Position numbers and translations under genes: made by a program. The notes below the pieces were generated by a model. The model was given only the letters and a program-made list of their open reading frames with translations. It ran no database searches and was not told the DNA's origin. A stretch of DNA of 64,000 nt from Eledone cirrhosa (Eukaryota), in assembly GCA_964016885.1 (NCBI GenBank), contig OZ024743.1, positions 276,458,001 to 276,522,000 of the forward strand, given 5' to 3'. Below, piece by piece: positions 53,801-64,000 of the stretch (its first letter is position 1; every line of letters begins with the position of its first letter).

Positions 53801-56800
53801 ACACTAACACCACAAACAACACCACCCGCAGTTGCTAGAAGAAGCAACACTAACACCACAAACAACACCACCAGCAGTTGCTAGAGGAAGCAACACTAAC
53901 CCCACAAACAACACCACCAGTAGTTGCTAGAAGAAGCAACACTAACACCACAAACAACACCACCAGCAGTAGCTAGAAGAAGCAACACTAACACCACAAA
54001 CAACATAGCCAGCAGTTGCTAGAAGAAGCAACACTAACACCACAAACAACACCACCAGCAGTATCTAGAAGAAGCAACACTAACACCACAAACAACACCA
54101 CCAGCAGTTGCTAGAAGAAGCAACACTAACACCACAAACAACACCACCAGCAGTTGCTAGAAGAAACACTAACACCACAAACAACACCACCAGCAGTTGC
54201 TAGAAGAAGCAACACTAACACCACAAACAACACCACCAGCAGTTGCTAGAAGAAGCAACACTAACACCACAAACAACACCACCAGCAGTTGCTAGAAGAA
54301 GCAACACTAACACCACAAACAACACCACCAGCAGTTGCTAGAAGAAGCAACACTAACACCACAAACAACACCACCAGCAGTTGCTAGAAGAAGCAACACT
54401 AACCCCACAAACAACACCACCAGTAGTTGCTAGAAGAAGCAACACTAACACCACCAGCAGTTGCTAGAAGCAACACTAACACCACAAACAACACCACCAG
54501 CAGTTGCTAGAAGAAGCAACACTAACACCACAAACAACATCACCAGCAGTTGCTAGAAGAAGCAACACTAACCCCACAAACAACACCACCAGTAGTTGCT
54601 AGAAGAAGCAACACTAACACCACAAACAACACCACCAGCAGTTGCTAGAAGCAACACTAACACCACAAACAACACCACCAGCAGTTGCTAGAAGAAGCAA
54701 CACTAACACCACAAACAACACCACCAGCAGTTGCTAGAAGAAGCAACACTAATACCACAAACAACACCACCAGCAGTAGCTAGAAGAAGCAACACTAACA
54801 CCACAAACAACACCACCAGCAGTTGCTAGAAGAAGCAACACTAACACCACAAACAACACCACCAGCAGTTGCTAGAAGCAACACTAACACCACAAACAAC
54901 ACCACCAGCAGTTGCTAGAAGAAGCAACACTAACACCACAAACAACACCACCAGCAGTAGCTAGAAGAAGCAACACTAACACCACAAACAACACCACCAG
55001 CAGTTGCTAGAAGAAGCAACACTAACACCACAAACAACACCACCAGCAGTTGCTAGAAGCAACACTAACACCACAAACAACACCACCAGCAGTTGCTAGA
55101 AGAAGCAACACTAACACCACAAACAACACCAGCATAAGTTGCTAGAAGAAGCAACACTAACACCACAAACAACACCACCAGCAGTTGCTAGAAGAAGCAA
55201 CACTAACACCACAAACAACACCACCAGCAGTTGCTAGAAGAAGCAACACTAACACCACAAACAACACCACCAGCAGTTGCTAGAAGGAGCAACACTAACA
55301 CCACAAACAACACCACCAGCAGTTGCTAGAAGAAGCAACACTAACACCACAAACAACACCACCAGCAGTTGCTAGAAGAAGGAACACTAACACCACAAAC
55401 AACACCACCAGCAGTTGTTAGAAGGAGCAACACTAACGCCACAAACAACACCACCAGCAGTTGCAAGAAGCAACACTAACACCACAAACAACACCACCAG
55501 CAGTTGCTAGAAGAAGCAACACTAACACCACAAACAACACCACCAGCAGTTGCTAGAAGAAGCAACACTAACACCAAAAACAACACCACCAGCAGTAGCT
55601 AGAACCAACACTAACACCACAAACAACACCACCAGCAGTTGCTAGAAGAAGCAACACTAACACCACAAACAACACCACCCGCAGTTGCTAGAAGAAGCAA
55701 CACTAACACCACAAACAACACCACCAGCAGTAGCTAAAAGAAGCAACACTAACACCACAAACAACATCACCAGCAGTTGCTAGAAGAAGCAACACTAACA
55801 CCACAAACAACACCACCAGCAGTTGCTAGAAGAAGCAACACTAACACCACAAACAACATCGCCAGCAGTTGCTAGAAGAAGCAACACTAACACCACAAAC
55901 AACACCACCAGCAGTAGCTAGAAGAAGCAACACTAACACCACAAACAACACCACCAGCAGTTGCTAGAAGAAGCAACACTAACACCACAAACAACACCAC
56001 CAGCAGTTGCTAGAAGAAACACTAACACCACAAACAACACCACCAGCAGTTGCTAGAAGAAGCAACACTAACACCACAAACAACACCACCAGCAGTTGCT
56101 AGAAGAAGCAACACTAACACCACAAACAACACCACCAGCAGTTGCTAGAAGCAACACTAACACCACAAACAACACCACCAGCAGTTGCTAGAAGAAGCAA
56201 CACTAACACCACAAACAACACCACCAGCAGTAGCTAGAAGAAGCAACACTAACACCACAAACAACACCACCAGCAGTTGCTAGAAGAAGCAACACTAACA
56301 CCACAAACAACACCACCAGCAGTTGCTAGAAGCAACACTAACACCACAAACAACACCACCAGCAGTTGCTAGAAGAAGCAACACTAACACCACAAACAAC
56401 ACCAGCATAAGTTGCTAGAAGAAGCAACACTAACACCACAAACAACACCACCAGCAGTTGCTAGAAGAAGCAACACTAACACCACAAACAACACCACCAG
56501 CAGTTGCTAGAAGAAGCAACACTAACACCACAAACAACACCACCAGCAGTTGCTAGAAGGAGCAACACTAACACCACAAACAACACCACCAGCAGTTGCT
56601 AGAAGAAGCAACACTAACACCACAAACAACACCACCAGCAGTTGCTAGAAGAAGGAACACTAACACCACAAACAACACCACCAGCAGTTGTTAGAAGGAG
56701 CAACACTAACGCCACAAACAACACCACCAGCAGTTGCAAGAAGCAACACTAACACCACAAACAACACCACCAGCAGTTGCTAGAAGAAGCAACACTAACA

Positions 56801-59800
56801 CCACAAACAACACCACCAGCAGTTGCTAGAAGAAGCAACACTAACACCAAAAACAACACCACCAGCAGTAGCTAGAACCAACACTAACACCACAAACAAC
56901 ACCACCAGCAGTTGCTAGAAGAAGCAACACTAACACCACAAACAACACCACCCGCAGTTGCTAGAAGAAGCAACACTAACACCACAAACAATACCACAAG
57001 CAGTTGCTAGAAGAAGCAACACTAACACCACAAACAACACCACCAGCAGTTGCTAGAAGAAGCAACACTAACCCCACAAACAACACCACCAGTAGTTGCT
57101 AGAAGAAGCAACACTAACACCACAAACAACACCACCAGCAGTAGCTAGAAGAAGCAACACTAACACCACAAACAACATCGCCAGCAGTTGCTAGAAGAAG
57201 CAACACTAACACCACAAACAACACCACCAGCAGTAGCTAGAAGAAGCAACACTAACACCACAAACAACACCACCAGCAGTTGCTAGAAGAAGCAACACTA
57301 ACACCACAAACAACACCACCAGCAGTTGCTAGAAGAAACACTAACACCACAAACAACACCACCAGCAGTTGCTAGAAGAAGCAACACTAACACCACAAAC
57401 AACACCACCAGCAGTTGCTAGAAGAAGCAACACTAACACCACAAACAACACCACCAGCAGTTGCTAGAAGAAGCAACACTAACACCACAAACAACACCAC
57501 CAGCAGTTGCTAGAAGAAGCAACACTAACACCACAAACAACACCACCAGCAGTTGCTAGAAGAAGCAACACTAACCCCACAAACAACACCACCAGTAGTT
57601 GCTAGAAGAAGCAACACTAACACCACCAGCAGTTGCTAGAAGCAACACTAACACCACAAACAACACCACCAGCAGTTGCTAGAAGAAGCAACACTAACAC
57701 CACAAACAACACCACCAGCAGTTGCTAGAAGAAGCAACACTAACCCCACAAACAACACCACCAGTAGTTGCTAGCAGAAGCAACACTAACACCACAAACA
57801 ACACCACCAGCAGTTGCTAGAAGCAACACTAACACCACAAACAACACCACCAGCAGTTGCTAGAAGAAGCAACACTAACACCACAAACAACACCACCAGC
57901 AGTTGCTAGAAGAAGCAACACTAATACCACAAACAACACCACCAGCAGTAGCTAGAAGAAGCAACACTAACACCACAAACAACACCACCAGCAGTTGCTA
58001 GAAGAAGCAACACTAACACCACAAACAACACCACCAGCAGTTGCTAGAAGCAACACTAACACCACAAACAACACCACCAGCAGTTGCTAGAAGAAGCAAC
58101 ACTAACACCACAAACAACACCACCAGCAGTAGCTAGAAGAAGCAACACTAACACCACAAACAACACCACCAGCAGTTGCTAGAAGAAGCAACACTAACAC
58201 CACCAGCAGTTGCTAGAAGCAACACTAACACCACAAACAACACCACCAGCAGTTGCTAGAAGAAGCAACACTAACACCACAAACAACACCAGCATAAGTT
58301 GCTAGAAGAAGCAACACTAACACCACAAACAACACCACCAGCAGTTGCTAGAAGAAGCAACACTAACACCACAAACAACACCACCAGCAGTTGCTAGAAG
58401 AAGCAACACTAACACCACAAACAACACCACCAGCAGTTGCTAGAAGCAACACTAACACCACAAACAACACCACCAGCAGTTGCTAGAAGAAGCAACACTA
58501 ACACCACAAACAAACCAGCAGCAGTTGCTAGAAGAAGCAACACTAACACCACAAACAACACCACCAGCAGTTGCTAGAAGAAGCAACACTAACACCACAA
58601 ACAACACCACCAGCAGTTGCTAGAAGAAGCAACACTAACACCACAAACAACACCACCAGCAGTTGCTAGAAGAAGGAACACTAACACCACAAACAACACC
58701 ACCAGCAGTTGCTAGAAGGAGCAACACTAACGCCACAAACAACACCACCAGCAGTTGCAAGAAGCAACACTAACACCACAAACAACACCACCAGCAGTTG
58801 CTAGAAGAAGCAACACTAACACCACAAACAACACCACCAGCAGTTGCTAGAAGAAGCAACACTAACACCACAAACAACACCACCAGCAGTAGCTAGAACC
58901 AACACTAACACCACAAACAACACCACCAGCAGTTGCTAGAAGAAGCAACACTAACACCACAAACAACACCACCAGCAGTTGCTAGGAGAAGCAACACTAA
59001 CACCACAAACAACACCAGCAGCAGTAGATAGAAGAAGCAACACTAACACCACAAACAACACCACCAGCAGTAGCTAGAAGAAGCAACACTAACACCACAA
59101 ACAACACCACCAGCAGTAGATAGAAGAAGCAACACTAACACCACAAACAACACCACCAGCAGTAGCTAGAAGAAGCAACACTAACACCACAAACAACACC
59201 ATCAGCAGTTGCTAGAAGAAGCAACACTAACACCACAAACAACACCACTAGCAGTAGCTAGAAGAAGCAACACTAACACCACAAACAACACCACCAGCAG
59301 TTGTTAGAAGAAGCAACACTAACACCACAAACAACACCACCAGCAGTTGCTAGAAGCAACACTAACACCACAAACAACACCACCAGCAGTTGCTAGAAGA
59401 AACAACACTAACACCACAAACAACATCACCAGCAGTTGCTAGATGAAGCAACACTAACACCACAAACAACACCACCAGCAGTAGCTAGAAGAAGCAACAC
59501 TAACACCACAAACAACACCACCAGCAGTAGCTAGAAGAAGCAACACTAACACCACAAAAAACACCACCAGCAGTAGCTAGAAGAAGCAACACTAACACCA
59601 CAAACAACATCACCAGCAGTTGCTAAAAGAAGCAACACTAACACCACAAACAACACCACCAGCAGTTGCTAGAAGAAGCAACACTAACACCACAAACAAC
59701 ACCACCAGCAGTTGCTAGAAGAAGCAACACTAACACCACAAACAACACCACCAGCAGTTGCTAGAAGAAGCAACACTAATACCACAAACAACACCACCAG

Positions 59801-62800
59801 CAGTTGCTAAAAAAGCAACACTAACACCACAAACAACACCACCAGCAGTAGCTAGAAGAAGCAACACTAACACCACAAACAACACCACCAGCAGTTGCTA
59901 GAAGAAGGAACACTAACACCACAAACAACACCACCAGCAGTAGCTAAAAGAAGCAACACTAACACCACAAACAACATCACCAGCAGTTGCTAGAAGAAGC
60001 AACACTAACACCACAAACAACACCACCAGCAGTTGCTAGAAGGAGCAACACTAACACCACAAACAACACCACCAGCAGTAGCTAGAAGAAGCAACACTAA
60101 CACCACAAACAACACCACCAGCAGTTGCTAGAAGAAGCAACACTAACACCACAAACAACACCACCAGCAGTTGCTAGAAGGAGCAACACTAACACCACAA
60201 ACAACACCACCAGCAGTTGCTAGAAGGAGCAACACTAACACCACAAACAACACCACCAGCAGTTGCTAGAAGAAGCAACACTAACACCACAAACAACACC
60301 ACCAGCAGTTGCTAGAAGAAGGAACACTAACACCACAAACAACACCACCAGCAGTTGTTAGAAGGAGCAACACTAACGCCACAAACAACACCACCAGCAG
60401 TTGCAAGAAGCAACACTAACACCACAAACAACACCACCAGCAGTTGCTAGAAGAAGCAACACTAACACCACAAACAACACCACCAGCAGTTGCTAGAAGA
60501 AGCAACACTAACACCACAAACAACACCACCAGCAGTAGCTAGAACCAACACTAACACCACAAACAACACCACCAGCAGTTGCTAGAAGAAGCAACACTAA
60601 CACCACAAACAACACCACAAGCAGTTGCTAGAAGAAGCAACACTAACACCACAAACAACACCACCAGCAGTTGCTAGAAGAAGCAACACTAACCCCACAA
60701 ACAACACCACCAGTAGTTGCTAGAAGAAGCAACACTAACACCACAAACAACACCACCAGCAGTAGCTAGAAGAAGCAACACTAACACCACAAACAACATA
60801 GCCAGCAGTTGCTAGAAGAAGCAACACTAACACCACAAACAACACCACCAGCAGTATCTAGAAGAAGCAACACTAACACCACAAACAACACCACCAGCAG
60901 TTGCTAGAAGAAGCAACACTAACACCACAAACAACACCACCAGCAGTTGCTAGAAGAAACACTAACACCACAAACAACACCACCAGCAGTTGCTAGAAGA
61001 AGCAACACTAACACCACAAACAACACCACCAGCAGTTGCTAGAAGAAGCAACACTAACACCACAAACAACACCACCAGCAGTTGCTAGAAGAAGCAACAC
61101 TAACACCACAAACGACACCACCAGCAGTTGCTAGAAGAAGCAACACTAACACCACAAACAACACCACCAGCAGTTGCTAGAAGAAGCAACACTAACCCCA
61201 CAAACAACACCACCAGTAGTTGCTAGAAGAAGCAACACTAACACCACCAGCAGTTGCTAGAAGCAACACTAACACCACAAACAACACCACCAGCAGTTGC
61301 TAGAAGAAGCAACACTAACACCACAAACAACATCACCAGCAGTTGCTAGAAGAAGCAACACTAACCCCACAAACAACACCACCAGTAGTTGCTAGAAGAA
61401 GCAACACTAACACCACAAACAACACCACCAGCAGTTGCTAGAAGCAACACTAACACCACAAACAACACCACCAGCAGTTGCTAGAAGAAGCAACACTAAC
61501 ACCACAAACAACACCACCAGCAGTTGCTAGAAGAAGCAACACTAATACCACAAACAACACCACCAGCAGTAGCTAGAAGAAGCAACACTAACACCACAAA
61601 CAACACCACCAGCAGTTGCTAGAAGAAGCAACACTAACACCACAAACAACACCACCAGCAGTTGCTAGAAGCAACACTAACACCACAAACAACACCACCA
61701 GCAGTTGCTAGAAGAAGCAACACTAACACCACAAACAACACCACCAGCAGTAGCTAGAAGAAGCAACACTAACACCACAAACAACACCACCAGCAGTTGC
61801 TAGAAGAAGCAACACTAACACCACAAACAACACCACCAGCAGTTGCTAGAAGCAACACTAACACCACAAACAACACCACCAGCAGTTGCTAGAAGAAGCA
61901 ACACTAACACCACAAACAACACCAGCATAAGTTGCTAGAAGAAGCAACACTAACACCACAAACAACACCACCAGCAGTTGCTAGAAGAAGCAACACTAAC
62001 ACCACAAACAACACCACCAGCAGTTGCTAGAAGAAGCAACACTAACACCACAAACAACACCACCAGCAGTTGCTAGAAGGAGCAACACTAACACCACAAA
62101 CAACACCACCAGCAGTTGCTAGAAGAAGCAACACTAACACCACAAACAACACCACCAGCAGTTGCTAGAAGAAGGAACACTAACACCACAAACAACACCA
62201 CCAGCAGTTGTTAGAAGGAGCAACACTAACGCCACAAACAACACCACCAGCAGTTGCAAGAAGCAACACTAACACCACAAACAACACCACCAGCAGTTGC
62301 TAGAAGAAGCAACACTAACACCACAAACAACACCACCAGCAGTTGCTAGAAGAAGCAACACTAACACCAAAAACAACACCACCAGCAGTAGCTAGAACCA
62401 ACACTAACACCACAAACAACACCACCAGCAGTTGCTAGAAGAAGCAACACTAACACCACAAACAACACCACCCGCAGTTGCTAGAAGAAGCAACACTAAC
62501 ACCACAAACAACACCACAAGCAGTTGCTAGAAGAAGCAACACTAACACCACAAACAACACCACCAGCAGTTGCTAGAAGAAGCAACACTAACCCCACAAA
62601 CAACACCACCAGTAGTTGCTAGAAGAAGCAACACTAACACCACAAACAACACCACCAGCAGTAGCTAGAAGAAGCAACACTAACACCACAAACAACATCG
62701 CCAGCAGTTGCTAGAAGAAGCAACACTAACACCACAAACAACACCACCAGCAGTAGCTAGAAGAAGCAACACTAACACCACAAACAACACCACCAGCAGT

Positions 62801-64000
62801 TGCTAGAAGAAGCAACACTAACACCACAAACAACACCACCAGCAGTTGCTAGAAGAAACACTAACACCACAAACAACACCACCAGCAGTTGCTAGAAGAA
62901 GCAACACTAACACCACAAACAACACCACCAGCAGTTGCTAGAAGAAGCAACACTAACACCACAAACAACACCACCAGCAGTTGCTAGAAGCAACACTAAC
63001 ACCACAAACAACACCACCAGCAGTTGCTAGAAGAAGCAACACTAACACCACAAACAACACCACCAGCAGTAGCTAGAAGAAGCAACACTAACACCACAAA
63101 CAACACCACCAGCAGTTGCTAGAAGAAGCAACACTAACACCACAAACAACACCACCAGCAGTTGCTAGAAGCAACACTAACACCACAAACAACACCACCA
63201 GCAGTTGCTAGAAGAAGCAACACTAACACCACAAACAACACCAGCATAAGTTGCTAGAAGAAGCAACACTAACACCACAAACAACACCACCAGCAGTTGC
63301 TAGAAGAAGCAACACTAACACCACAAACAACACCACCAGCAGTTGCTAGAAGAAGCAACACTAACACCACAAACAACACCACCAGCAGTTGCTAGAAGGA
63401 GCAACACTAACACCACAAACAACACCACCAGCAGTTGCTAGAAGAAGCAACACTAACACCACAAACAACACCACCAGCAGTTGCTAGAAGAAGGAACACT
63501 AACACCACAAACAACACCACCAGCAGTTGTTAGAAGGAGCAACACTAACGCCACAAACAACACCACCAGCAGTTGCAAGAAGCAACACTAACACCACAAA
63601 CAACACCACCAGCAGTTGCTAGAAGAAGCAACACTAACACCACAAACAACACCACCAGCAGTTGCTAGAAGAAGCAACACTAACACCAAAAACAACACCA
63701 CCAGCAGTAGCTAGAACCAACACTAACACCACAAACAACACCACCAGCAGTTGCTAGAAGAAGCAACACTAACACCACAAACAACACCACCCGCAGTTGC
63801 TAGAAGAAGCAACACTAACACCACAAACAACACCACAAGCAGTTGCTAGAAGAAGCAACACTAACACCACAAACAACACCACCAGCAGTTGCTAGAAGAA
63901 GCAACACTAACCCCACAAACAACACCACCAGTAGTTGCTAGAAGAAGCAACACTAACACCACAAACAACACCACCAGCAGTAGCTAGAAGAAGCAACACT
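35851..64000. repeat. 46-bp satellite array (~610 monomers, runs off the window end)
   Basis: Consensus CAGCAGTTGCTAGAAGAAGCAACACTAACACCACAAACAACACCAC; shorter (e.g. 43-bp) deletion variants; internal GTTGCT/AGCAAC inverted repeat. Confidence 0.98.

Noticed and set aside
35851-64000. Satellite as a CRISPR-like array or a mucin-like coding repeat
   Set aside because: No unique spacers, no cas genes, eukaryotic context; the 46-bp unit is not a multiple of 3 and contains stops on both strands

Overview
Repeat-saturated, gene-poor metazoan DNA. The extreme (TA)n/(CA)n/(TATG)n load and the SINE family suggest an octopus or other cephalopod (inference). No host protein-coding gene can be supported, and almost all ORFs in the supplied track are microsatellite translation artefacts. 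Bases 1-35.8 kb are a mosaic of mobile elements. These include a near-intact Tc1-superfamily transposon with DD36E spacing, Penelope-like (PLE) RT/GIY-YIG remnants, and several minimal type I hammerhead-ribozyme motifs in pLTR-like fragments beside (TA)n tracts. Also present are R4/Dong-type RLE retrotransposon ends sitting in (TACA)n tracts, RTE LINE fragments, two RTE-derived non-autonomous elements, many tRNA-derived SINEs, MITEs and Helitron-like ends. A recurring motif is the fold-back (inverted) duplication abutting a (TA)n tract, several of them built from hammerhead-bearing sequence. Bases ~35.85-64 kb are a single 46-bp satellite array with an internal hairpin and nested higher-order duplications (~2.6, ~6.8 and ~8.8 kb).
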